From a virus, in IMG/VR virus record IMGVR_UViG_3300040801_002290, positions 130,022-194,021 of that record: a stretch of 64,000 nucleotides of DNA; one strand, 5' to 3'. This document shows, in pieces, positions 19,778-28,912 of this stretch. The notes under the pieces were generated by a model that had not been told where the DNA came from, made no database searches, and worked only from the letters and a program-made list of their open reading frames with translations. How positions within the stretch are numbered: the stretch's first letter is position 1; each line of letters begins with the position of its first letter. Position numbers and translations under genes: made by a program.

Positions 19778-19982
19778 ACATAGTCTGGAAATTTATTATA
19801 GTAGGTTCGGTGTACTCGTTAGACCCATTCTTCACACACTCGGGTTTGACTACAATCGAGTCTACTATTCTATTGATGCAGTTATCGAAGATTTTTGGAG
19901 AAACGGCTGGAAGGTGACCGATATTCAAGGAAGTATAGAGCCCCACTCTGGGAGTTTTTACACTTTCGAAAAAAGGACTTAG
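19770..19982 (+). CDS. Hypothetical protein
   Basis: 70 aa, operon packing. Confidence 0.55.
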   Translation: MDKHSLEIYYSRFGVLVRPILHTLGFDYNRVYYSIDAVIEDFWRNGWKVTDIQGSIEPHSGSFYTFEKRT

Positions 19983-19985
19983 CCA

Positions 19986-20345
19986 ATGAAATTCCTGCAA
20001 AAAATAAACCCAGATACCTGGATGACCGTGCAAGGTTCTATTGCCTTGGTCTGGGGTATATGGTACGCAAATCCTGTGGTTAGAAACATTCTAGACGGTA
20101 GTGCTTCTTATTTTGAGCCGCCCCTTATTGTTGGTGTTTTTGCCGCCGTTTTAGGTATTCTATCTGTCACACCCATAAGAAAAACATTTAAAAGAGCCCT
20201 AGGAATAGCTCATATACTTTTTTGGACCTATTTGACTATATTCTTAGCTCTGACAAACATTGCCTCTTCTATATTTCCGGTCGGCGTTGTTTTAGTGATA
20301 GTCTCTGTTCTAGTCTACGTACTACAGGAAAGTTATGTTCGATAA
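19986..20345 (+). CDS. Multi-pass membrane protein (holin-like candidate)
   Basis: 119 aa with four hydrophobic stretches. Confidence 0.55.
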   Translation: MKFLQKINPDTWMTVQGSIALVWGIWYANPVVRNILDGSASYFEPPLIVGVFAAVLGILSVTPIRKTFKRALGIAHILFWTYLTIFLALTNIASSIFPVGVVLVIVSVLVYVLQESYVR

Positions 20346-20757
20346 TGTTCCCCCAGAAATTCTTATTCCCGCCTTGTCTGCTATAGGGTTAGCTGCTCTA
20401 GCTCATATAGTTACTATTCTTATGCAGATTAGGTCTAATAAGCATGATTTTAGCATGAAGACCTTTGAAAGCGTCACAAAAGAGTTATCAGACAAGAACG
20501 ATGAACTATCTGACGAGAGGAAGGACAACAGGGAGTTGTCTGCCACAAACGTGCAATTGTTAGGAGAGAAGTACCTACTAGAAGCAAACCTACAGGTCAT
20601 GCAAAACCAGAGAGACGAGTCTAGAGAAGAAGTTACAGAGCTAGAGAATGATAACAGAAGGCTAAAGGAAAAAATCTTTCAACTTAACACAGAGGTTGAA
20701 GTTCTTAAAAAGACCAATGAGAAACTGACTCAAAAAATAGAAGAGCTAGACTCATAG
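20335..20757 (+). CDS. Membrane-anchored coiled-coil protein
   Basis: N-terminal hydrophobic helix followed by a long heptad repeat. Confidence 0.6.
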   Translation: MFDNVPPEILIPALSAIGLAALAHIVTILMQIRSNKHDFSMKTFESVTKELSDKNDELSDERKDNRELSATNVQLLGEKYLLEANLQVMQNQRDESREEVTELENDNRRLKEKIFQLNTEVEVLKKTNEKLTQKIEELDS

Positions 20758-20787
20758 GATACTCATAGTCTCAGTGTAGACTGAGGC

Positions 20788-21258
20788 ATGAACATCTTCG
20801 TACTAGACAGAGACCCGCGCTTAGCCGCTGAATACCACTGCGACAAGCATGTGATTAAAATGATACTAGAGACGGCACAACTGCTGTCTGCCGCGCACCA
20901 TGTTTTAGATGGTGAGAAGCCCGGACTTTACAAGCTCACTCATAAGAACCATCCCTGCTCTCTGTGGACCCGTGAGAGCCGGGAGAATTATTTTTGGACC
21001 CTCAACCTAGGGCTCTGGCTACTTTATGAGTATGAAAAAAGATATGGGAAAACCCATAAGACCTCAGAGGTAATGGAGAGGCTTAAGACGGCCCCGAAAA
21101 ACACCCCCTACGGTAGACTCACCACTTTCGCCCAAGCAATGCCAGAAATATACCAAAGAGAAGATGCGGTAGAAGCCTACCGCACCTACTACATAGCTGA
21201 AAAAGCGCCTATCTGTAAATGGAAAACTCAAACTCCCTGGTGGTTCGTCACGTCATAG
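20788..21258 (+). CDS. Pyrimidine-dimer DNA glycosylase family (Pyr_excise-like) protein
   Basis: MNIFVLD.DP..AA.YHCDKHVIKMILETAQLLS...THKNHPC...EYEKRYGKTH. Leaderless promoter TAGACT 20777-20782 lies 5 nt before ATG. Confidence 0.75.
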   Translation: MNIFVLDRDPRLAAEYHCDKHVIKMILETAQLLSAAHHVLDGEKPGLYKLTHKNHPCSLWTRESRENYFWTLNLGLWLLYEYEKRYGKTHKTSEVMERLKTAPKNTPYGRLTTFAQAMPEIYQREDAVEAYRTYYIAEKAPICKWKTQTPWWFVTS

Positions 21259-24200
21259 TGTCGAACCATTCTTTTGCTATATTTAGGGCGACCTCACTGG
21301 CTCCTAGATTTCCGCCACTAATACCGGCTGCTATAGCTGAACTTGTGGGGGCAAGAGAAAAGTCATAGGTTGCAGCATCAGAAAAATCCGGGTCTGAAAT
21401 ACCCAAAGTCCAGGTATTGTTTACTTCTGTAGCGTTTGCTCCGATATATCTAGGAGAAACGTCGTTGAAGGAAATACAGTCCTCGGCTCTGTTAAGATGG
21501 TTTGCTCCATCTCCACCCAAATCGTACCCGTTTAGCCCACTTCCGTAGGATGTGCAACGCTGGAAGAAGATGTTTGGGTTACTTTGAGTAGTGTTCAGAG
21601 CCTCGTTGTGAGCAAAGCCGTTTGAGCGAGAGTCGATAGAAATGCACCCAATAGCGTAGTTATTTCCAGCATCACTATCGCTACCCCCCATCTTAAACCC
21701 AGCACCATCTCCCATTGATTCACTACCTGGGTTGCCGTTCCAGTAATACCCAGCACCAATACTTACACAGTCAATCAAACGAGTTCCACGACCACGGAAT
21801 AGGTCATAATTGTCATCAGGACCGTTAGCCCCAAGACATCTTACAAAAACGTTATCTCTAGTTACGGAACCCACACTTGCCGTGACCGTGTAGGCATCCC
21901 CGGTATTGGTGCCAACAGAAACACCGTCTCCTAACCTGTATGCCCACGTATCCATAATCAGGTTTCCACCAGCGTTCTCTCCGCTGAAATTTCCAATCAT
22001 GATGGCATCGCCTATACAATCGTGAATTCTAAAATCCTCTATAGTGTATTCAGTAGCTGGTCCACTTAGAAGAATAGCTGGTTCAGTGGGCTTTCCATTA
22101 ATGACTTCGAAACCTTTCCAATGCTCTCTTCTTCCGTATAAATTAAGAATTCTACCCGCAGAACCAGTACCTAGATTAACACAGTCTAGCACTGGTCTTT
22201 CATTTCCATAAGCGAAGATTTCTATACCGGTAGTCCAGTTTGTACTTCTGTTAAATCTTAGCGTAGGTGCAATGGTTCCAGAACGAACAAGGATTCTCTG
22301 TCCGTCTTGAACAGCAGAGAGCGCACTACTAAGGCTATTGAATGGGCTAGATTGGGAACCGTTTCCATTTATTGGAAGCTTAGGGTCAACCCACCAGTCT
22401 CCGGTATAAACAAGCCCTGTTTTTGGGTAATCCACTAAGCTGGTACTGAAGCTTCCAACTCCAAGTAGATTACTCCCATCTTCGACTGGAAGCTGGTCGT
22501 TTTCTATTGCAAAAATCCATTTTTTAGCTAGGGCTAGCGAAACATTGCTTGCTCCTATGTTTCCTCCGTTGCTTGAGGAGCTTATCGCAGGACTTCCTGT
22601 GCTTAGTGACCAGTCAAACTCGCTAGTGTTAGCAAAGGAAGGGTTAGAAATCCCTAAATTCCAAGAGTTAAATGTATCATCAACCCTAAGGGAATTCAAG
22701 CCAGGACCAGAAACATTGTTATAGTCAATATTGTCCGTAGCGATGTGCCTGTTTCCGTCTGTCGTAGCGTTGTTTAGGTTCCAGCCATACCCGTCCGAAT
22801 CTACACAAGTATTTCGTAAAAAAGTAGAAGCTAATGGGGAACTATTTGGTTTTATAGCCTCACTCTTACACGCAATAGCTATACTTCCAACAAGGAAGTT
22901 ATTACCAATTCCAGTTCGACTTCCACCCATTTTAAATCCGCTTCCATCCCCTGCGCTGAGCCCGTTTGAATAATACCCTCCTTTGTAAGCAACACAGTCT
23001 AGAATTAGGGTGTTAGTTCCTCCCCAAAGGTCGAATACATCATCTGCTCCGTGGGCTCCAAAGCACCTAACAAAAGACACTCCAGAGGAAGTAGTTGAAG
23101 CGGCAACTTGATAGCAGTCTGGAGCATTGGTTCCCGTAGTAATTCCGTCCCCACAATTCCAGACAACACAATCTTGGACAACGATTCCTACATCCACCCC
23201 ACTTCTATATGCACGAATCATTCCCCTTCCCTCTGTCGTACTTAAATCTTTACCGCACTCGTGAACCCACATGTCTTCTATCTTTATATTTTGACCTAAA
23301 ATATCAAAAGCAATATTTGTCGCATTTTTTACCTCAAATCCCTTCCAATGCTCATTTCCAGAAGAAGAATCAAAGGCCACTGCACGGCCATTATTTCCAA
23401 CATTAACGTTGGTTGTGCAGTCAATGACTGGCCTCTCGTTACCATAATTAAACACCCTAACAGTTTCTATCCAATTAGAAGTTCTATAAAAAACAGTTGT
23501 GGGATACAGTGTCCCAGCACGAACTAAGATAGTCTCTCCAGAGCTTACAGAGCTTAACGCACTTTCTAAAGAGTTAAATGGGTCTTCAAAGGAGCCAACT
23601 CCATTAGACATCGCGTTGGGGTCTACGTACCAATCTCCTATAGTCGTGCTTAAAGTTTTTGGAAAGTCCGTAAAGCTTGAACTCTGGCTTCCAACGCCCA
23701 AAAGCTCAGAAGAAGAAGATTCGACCCAAACACCATCCGCCATATCATCTGCGTAATTCTCAATAATCATTCTTCCTGTTCCACCAGAGTCTATTTCGTA
23801 CCACTCCCTGGTTTCTTCATTCGCACTTCTCCAGGCATCACTTATAATTCCGTCCGACGCGGTTGGTAAAAATCCGGTATCTAAAGCTGGGTATCCACCG
23901 GCAGAGGAAGCCGACGTGTACATGGAGGAGGGTCCCGTTGTGTTGGTTGCCTCTGAAACGGCGCGGCTATCAATAAAGTCTCTATATAAATTATTACCCG
24001 CTGTAGAAAGTACCGAAGAGTAGAATTGACTTGCGGTGAGCATAGGAAGAGTTGGAGTTCCTACACTGGAAGTAGAAACCCACTCACTAACTATCGCCGG
24101 GTCTGACGGAACCGTTGTTGGGCTGGCGGCTAGAACTCTAGCCATTTCCTGTTGTTCCGAAAGGGTATTAATATTTGTAACAAACCTACTAGCATTACCC

Positions 24201-26587
24201 TCTAAAAAGGTAGTAACCCTACGATTATAAATACCGCTTCTATTTCTAAATCTAATATCCTTGTCTGTGTCTGTCCACGGCCCCGCTTTATATGTATTCC
24301 TTTGAAAATCTATTGCGCTCAAAATATTGTTTGATTGAACAGTCAGAACAGAGCCAGACTTAGAATTATAGATAACATTACCTACCCATTGAAGTTTTTC
24401 GGTGGCATAAACTTCTGGAACCCTCTCCCTAACACTGGAAATTAGATTTCTATACATTGTTGTTCTTCCGGTGTTATATACCAAAGCAGCATACCCGTGG
24501 GTTGTTTCTGGGTGTCCAGCGTACTCAAGCGGATAAGAAATCAAGCAATTTTGAACAGTTACCAAGTCACTGCCAGCTATACCGACAATTTCATCTGTGG
24601 CATAACTAGCACTAACGTGGTCTACAATAATGTTAGTAGAATTAGTTATTCTCACACAGTCGTTACTAGTGTAGCCAGCGGAATTTTCCCCAGAGCGAAC
24701 AGTTAGGTATCTAACAATGGCATTGCTTATTCCGCTAAGTCTCAAGTAGGCACTTATATCTTTTGGAAGAGAATCTGGTCTAATTCCAAAACCACCCGGA
24801 GCTAACTGCCCTAAAAAGGTAAAGTCTCCGGTCGCCTCTATTCTAGAAGCAAGAGGTACATATCCAGATACCCTCGGAACAATAATTCTTTTTCCAACGG
24901 CGGTAAGAGCCTCCCTCAAACTTCCTGGGCCACTATCGTTTAGATTATCAACAAACATTATTTGAGTGCTACCAGGAGTACCGTCTCCACGCCCACCAGT
25001 TGCATTAGCCCCATAACCAACAGCACCTCGAAAAGCTATGGTGCTGTTATAGAACGGGTCACTCGTGTAATCTCCCTCAGAAGCGGAAACAACAGAAACA
25101 GAGTGATTTAGGCTATTTCTTCCGGTAGCAGCGTCCCACATATTCACATTACTTAGACGAACCATATATCTTACGTCGTTAACCAGGGGAGTAGAAACAA
25201 CTCCGCTAACCGTAGAGACAGAATTGTCTGGCATTTTAAGGTGAATGGAATATGGTTGTCCCTCTATTAGACCAGCAGGCGCAACAAACGTAAATGTAGA
25301 ATCTATCGTCTGACCGCCTAGAGGCATTTTTAGTCTACAATCTGACTCAAGAGTTACTTCTACTGTGTTAGACCCTACAAACACTAAGTTAAGTGGTCTA
25401 GGATTATACATTTTACCGAAGCCTGAGTTTTTAAGTTTTAATGTTATTTCATAAGTTTGGCCAGGAATTATTGTATTTGGCAAAAGAGACTCTAGAAGAG
25501 AAATCCTGTAACCAAGTCTTCTAGTAATCTCGTCGTAGTAACCCTCGCTAATCCACCTGTTGTAGTGAGTCTCTGAATACTCCCTGTTTAGAAGGTCTGG
25601 CCCTCCCATAAGCTCCATCTCAGCAATGGAGGCCAAGCTTTCATTGTACTCGTTCAGGCTAGTTCCGCATGTTTCAGCAGATGCAACAGTGTACGGCCCT
25701 ACGGCAGAGAAGGTAGCTCTATCCAAAATAAATCTCTGCGGTTGGGGGGCGTCCCAGGTACTATAAGTTCCCGTGTTAGACTCACCGGAAAGAAAACAAT
25801 CATTCAACCAACCAACTCTGCTTCTATCGGAGCCATTAAATCTTATACTCTCATCAAATGCATAGTCTGTTGGGTATGGCTGACTGTTGTATGTAAAGCC
25901 GGTGTAAACTTCTCCCTCTGGGAAAGCCTCTCTAATATAAGGTGGGTATCTATTTCCAATCATCCTGGATACAGGAAGGGCATCTAGAAGAGCATTAAGA
26001 ATGTTAGACCTTGCCTGACGAGATTCTGGGGTGTCGCTGCTCAGTCCGTTTGTGCTGCTGTGCTGCTCTCCCCACTTTCCGATAAATCCATGGTCAAGCA
26101 TTGTTATAACATCTTCATACTCTTCAAAAATTGGAGTAAGTTGAGTGATGTGTTGAAGTATTATGGCTTCGCTAGCGTCCTCAGCGAATTCCGGTATAGG
26201 GTTTCCGTTATAAGCAAACCTAACCTTTATTTTTAGCCCGTTATTTCTAGCCGCCTGAAAATAGTCTCTAATCTGATTCAGTCTAGTAGTACTTATAGCA
26301 CTATACCTAAACGCATCTAGCCTAAACGGAGAGCCCTCGTAGGTACTAGCCCAGACCACGGTATACCCCTGACTTCTGAGGTTAGCAAAGTCCCAAGTTC
26401 CGGTTCTAGGAACTATCCATCCCCTTTCGGGGTTGTTAAAATTGGTTGTGGTGTCCTCGGTGTAATAAACTATTTCTGTTCCGGGAGTAGGGGTTGTCAG
26501 GTGAGAAACAGTGACAGCCTTACCGTCCCTGTAACCATTCAGAGCTTTTAGGTCGCCAAAAGGCCCTTTCCACGCTCTATAGGGCAT
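21248..26587 (-). CDS. 1779-aa multi-domain polysaccharide depolymerase-like protein (DUF4874/DUF4832-like + PL1-like + two PL9-like beta-helices)
   Basis: N-terminal NNPERGW...IKVRFAY...GFIGKWGEQH...LNDCFL...LGYR. Middle AFRGAVGYGANATGGRG...NDSGPGSLREAL...IIVDHVSAS. Two repeats W.VDP....G....PFNSL..AL...GE.ILVR.GT...GDG.GFKMGG. Confidence 0.75.
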   Translation of the reverse strand: MPYRAWKGPFGDLKALNGYRDGKAVTVSHLTTPTPGTEIVYYTEDTTTNFNNPERGWIVPRTGTWDFANLRSQGYTVVWASTYEGSPFRLDAFRYSAISTTRLNQIRDYFQAARNNGLKIKVRFAYNGNPIPEFAEDASEAIILQHITQLTPIFEEYEDVITMLDHGFIGKWGEQHSSTNGLSSDTPESRQARSNILNALLDALPVSRMIGNRYPPYIREAFPEGEVYTGFTYNSQPYPTDYAFDESIRFNGSDRSRVGWLNDCFLSGESNTGTYSTWDAPQPQRFILDRATFSAVGPYTVASAETCGTSLNEYNESLASIAEMELMGGPDLLNREYSETHYNRWISEGYYDEITRRLGYRISLLESLLPNTIIPGQTYEITLKLKNSGFGKMYNPRPLNLVFVGSNTVEVTLESDCRLKMPLGGQTIDSTFTFVAPAGLIEGQPYSIHLKMPDNSVSTVSGVVSTPLVNDVRYMVRLSNVNMWDAATGRNSLNHSVSVVSASEGDYTSDPFYNSTIAFRGAVGYGANATGGRGDGTPGSTQIMFVDNLNDSGPGSLREALTAVGKRIIVPRVSGYVPLASRIEATGDFTFLGQLAPGGFGIRPDSLPKDISAYLRLSGISNAIVRYLTVRSGENSAGYTSNDCVRITNSTNIIVDHVSASYATDEIVGIAGSDLVTVQNCLISYPLEYAGHPETTHGYAALVYNTGRTTMYRNLISSVRERVPEVYATEKLQWVGNVIYNSKSGSVLTVQSNNILSAIDFQRNTYKAGPWTDTDKDIRFRNRSGIYNRRVTTFLEGNASRFVTNINTLSEQQEMARVLAASPTTVPSDPAIVSEWVSTSSVGTPTLPMLTASQFYSSVLSTAGNNLYRDFIDSRAVSEATNTTGPSSMYTSASSAGGYPALDTGFLPTASDGIISDAWRSANEETREWYEIDSGGTGRMIIENYADDMADGVWVESSSSELLGVGSQSSSFTDFPKTLSTTIGDWYVDPNAMSNGVGSFEDPFNSLESALSSVSSGETILVRAGTLYPTTVFYRTSNWIETVRVFNYGNERPVIDCTTNVNVGNNGRAVAFDSSSGNEHWKGFEVKNATNIAFDILGQNIKIEDMWVHECGKDLSTTEGRGMIRAYRSGVDVGIVVQDCVVWNCGDGITTGTNAPDCYQVAASTTSSGVSFVRCFGAHGADDVFDLWGGTNTLILDCVAYKGGYYSNGLSAGDGSGFKMGGSRTGIGNNFLVGSIAIACKSEAIKPNSSPLASTFLRNTCVDSDGYGWNLNNATTDGNRHIATDNIDYNNVSGPGLNSLRVDDTFNSWNLGISNPSFANTSEFDWSLSTGSPAISSSSNGGNIGASNVSLALAKKWIFAIENDQLPVEDGSNLLGVGSFSTSLVDYPKTGLVYTGDWWVDPKLPINGNGSQSSPFNSLSSALSAVQDGQRILVRSGTIAPTLRFNRSTNWTTGIEIFAYGNERPVLDCVNLGTGSAGRILNLYGRREHWKGFEVINGKPTEPAILLSGPATEYTIEDFRIHDCIGDAIMIGNFSGENAGGNLIMDTWAYRLGDGVSVGTNTGDAYTVTASVGSVTRDNVFVRCLGANGPDDNYDLFRGRGTRLIDCVSIGAGYYWNGNPGSESMGDGAGFKMGGSDSDAGNNYAIGCISIDSRSNGFAHNEALNTTQSNPNIFFQRCTSYGSGLNGYDLGGDGANHLNRAEDCISFNDVSPRYIGANATEVNNTWTLGISDPDFSDAATYDFSLAPTSSAIAAGISGGNLGASEVALNIAKEWFDTMT

Positions 26588-26588
26588 G

Positions 26589-27368
26589 TTAGACCTCCTG
26601 GAACCAAACGTCTTCTGCGGTCAACCACGGAGGAGCAGAGGTGTGACCTACGGCACTAACATGAACAGCTATCGGTCTTGACGCAGGCCAACCAGATGAG
26701 TAAATGACGGTTTTTGTGTCGGGAGTAACCCAAACAGCGTCATAATTTGTGGCGCTACTCTTTTCAAGAATTTGGCCTACTGTTCCACCGGTAGGAACAC
26801 CCTCTCCAGCGGGGCCTTGTGGTCCATCTGCTCCAGTCGGCCCTACCGGGCCAACGGGACCAGTTGCTCCAACTGGGCCAGTATTCCCAGTGTCACCCTT
26901 CTCTCCCTTTAGGTTTCCTCTTAATGCCCAGGTAGAAACCCCGGTTTTTTCGTAAAAGTTACCGTTACTGCCGTTTAAGTAGAAGTCTCCTACCTCTCCC
27001 AAAGCAGAGGAGGGGAAAACTGTACCGGTGTACCAAGTTGAGCCCTCTGTAGGAATTGGAGCGGTAATTGAGCTAAATAACTCGGCTAGAATTCCCTCCA
27101 AGTCCTCAGCAGTGAAGTTGTTTGCAACATCTTCAACAGATACATCAGACGCAGCGACAGAAGTTAAAAACCCATCCACATAAACAGGGTTTATCTTTCC
27201 ATCTATGAGAAGGGTATCAATGTCTTCCGGGCCGAGAGAATTAACCTGAGATTCTAGTGCGTTGGAAAACAGTCTTATAAGAGTTAGAGACGTGTTTAGC
27301 TTCTGTCTTCCCTGGTCTAGGGAATCAGAGATGAGAACATCATTTAATTCTGCAATCGGCATTTTCAA
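26589..27368 (-). CDS. Collagen-repeat fibre protein
   Basis: Gly-X-Y run GEKGDTGNTGPVGATGPVGPVGPTGADGPQGPAGEG. N-terminal ~95 aa paralogous to the 763-aa protein. Confidence 0.75.
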   Translation of the reverse strand: MKMPIAELNDVLISDSLDQGRQKLNTSLTLIRLFSNALESQVNSLGPEDIDTLLIDGKINPVYVDGFLTSVAASDVSVEDVANNFTAEDLEGILAELFSSITAPIPTEGSTWYTGTVFPSSALGEVGDFYLNGSNGNFYEKTGVSTWALRGNLKGEKGDTGNTGPVGATGPVGPVGPTGADGPQGPAGEGVPTGGTVGQILEKSSATNYDAVWVTPDTKTVIYSSGWPASRPIAVHVSAVGHTSAPPWLTAEDVWFQEV

Positions 27369-27694
27369 CCACCTTCCGTATAAATATTTCCTTCAAAGTC
27401 AACAGGGTCTTCAAAACTAACAACTTCACTTCCCCAAGTTATATCCTCTGCCCAGTATACAAATATAAAAGTCCCTCTCTCGGTTTTTACATACATAATG
27501 TCAGTTCTCGTGCCGAGTCCCTGTTCAAGAGGCTCAAAAATCTCCTCTTCTGCGGTAGTCCCAGCGTCAAGCGCCTCCCAGGACTCAAAAACATCCTGTA
27601 GAAAAGGCTCCTCACTGAGTATGGTGAATTTCGGGTAAAAATCGTTTACAGAGTCTTTGTAAACAACTTGTCCCCTAATTCTTTTTTTATCCAT
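27365..27694 (-). CDS. Hypothetical acidic protein
   Basis: 109 aa, coupled overlaps. Confidence 0.55.
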   Translation of the reverse strand: MDKKRIRGQVVYKDSVNDFYPKFTILSEEPFLQDVFESWEALDAGTTAEEEIFEPLEQGLGTRTDIMYVKTERGTFIFVYWAEDITWGSEVVSFEDPVDFEGNIYTEGG

Positions 27695-28016
27695 AAATCA
27701 CCATTTTCATAGTTTGTATACCGGCTCTTTTCAGTTTGAGAAGAAGTTGTCTAGTACTGACGCTCTCGTCTTGATAAATAAAAAGCCTATTTTTCCAACC
27801 CTTAGTTACACTAAGTCTCTGGTGTAGGTCGTTACCACCTACTGTTCCAGTAAAAATTATTATATCATACGAGCCGACCTGTTGACTTGGAACGGTAGTT
27901 ATATCTGTTACCCAGTTAACTTCGTAACTATCCAGAGAGGGAAAGTTAAGGTCGAGCCATCTCTCTATATTTGAAAGAAACTCTTCCCTGTCTTCAAGTA
28001 CTAGAATCTTTTTCAT
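27687..28016 (-). CDS. Degenerate receiver (CheY-like) domain protein
   Basis: KKILVLEDREEF...YDIIIFTG; the phospho-acceptor Asp position is Thr. Confidence 0.45.
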   Translation of the reverse strand: MKKILVLEDREEFLSNIERWLDLNFPSLDSYEVNWVTDITTVPSQQVGSYDIIIFTGTVGGNDLHQRLSVTKGWKNRLFIYQDESVSTRQLLLKLKRAGIQTMKMVIYG

Positions 28017-28201
28017 TACTCTACCTCTCTCGGAAATTCTAAATAAGTCACTGTGATGTCCGGGTTTTTTAGCCGGGAAGAAACATCAACTCCAAAAATA
28101 ATATCTGGAACAGTCGTAGACAAAACAACCACAAATGGGTAGTTTCTCTTTTCCCACTCGTATAGTGCTATGTTGCTTTGGAATGTGGCTGTTTTTATCA
28201 T
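28016..28201 (-). CDS. Hypothetical protein
   Basis: 61 aa, TAATG coupling. Confidence 0.5.
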   Translation of the reverse strand: MIKTATFQSNIALYEWEKRNYPFVVVLSTTVPDIIFGVDVSSRLKNPDITVTYLEFPREVE

Positions 28202-28203
28202 GT

Positions 28204-28770
28204 TTAATAAGGAAAAAGTGTAAGGAAAAACTCAACGTCTAGTACCTGAAACCCAGCCAAATCAGACTCAAGGAACCACACATCTATGTAGGTAGAGGTT
28301 ACGGTTACATGTGAGGGAGAAACCTGAGCAGCAGTCAGGAGGGGCTGAACTCCACCGCCAGATATAATGCTGTTGATGCGTTGAACCTGTACAGCGAAGT
28401 TTGTGTTACCTTGGCTGTGAGTAATACGGAACTGTGAATCTCCGGGAAATGCAGCTACTCCCAGATTTGCGTGCCCAGATACCTTAGTGGGGGTCGTCGC
28501 AGCGTACGCCACTCGTATAGATTGAGGCAATTTGTCTAATTGTGGTTGAATTGCACTCGTCACACCACTCAACCACACTAGTTCCGTTGAGGTGGTCGTG
28601 GAAAAATTAATATTACCCAAACTGTCTGAAATCAAGGCCCGACTCGCAACAAGGACAGGCGCTGTGCTTAGGGTACCCCCAACAACTCCATTTGCGCTCT
28701 TTACAATAGCGTCCCCCTCTGCGACATCATCCCAACCAGGGGGAAGAAATTTCTTTAATGTGCTAGCCAT
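28204..28770 (-). CDS. Fibre-associated structural protein
   Basis: 188 aa; SRALISDSLG...ELVWLSGVTSAIQPQLD fibre-type motif. Confidence 0.55.
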   Translation of the reverse strand: MASTLKKFLPPGWDDVAEGDAIVKSANGVVGGTLSTAPVLVASRALISDSLGNINFSTTTSTELVWLSGVTSAIQPQLDKLPQSIRVAYAATTPTKVSGHANLGVAAFPGDSQFRITHSQGNTNFAVQVQRINSIISGGGVQPLLTAAQVSPSHVTVTSTYIDVWFLESDLAGFQVLDVEFFLTLFPY

Positions 28771-28912
28771 AAATCACCTCTGCCGTGTTTACTAAAACCG
28801 CTTCATTCCATATAGCCCTTAAAGAGAGGGCAACAAAAAACCAGGTATGAGTATGCCCTATAATCACCCAGTAAAGAATAAACAGGACTGCCAGAGCCCC
28901 ATAAATCCACAT
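28763..28912 (-). CDS. 49-aa membrane protein (not in ORF track)
   Basis: MWIYGALAVLFILYWVIIGHTHTWFFVALSLRAIWNEAVLVNTAEVIYG. TAATG overlap with the 763-aa gene stop; exactly fills the gap. Confidence 0.6.
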   Translation of the reverse strand: MWIYGALAVLFILYWVIIGHTHTWFFVALSLRAIWNEAVLVNTAEVIYG

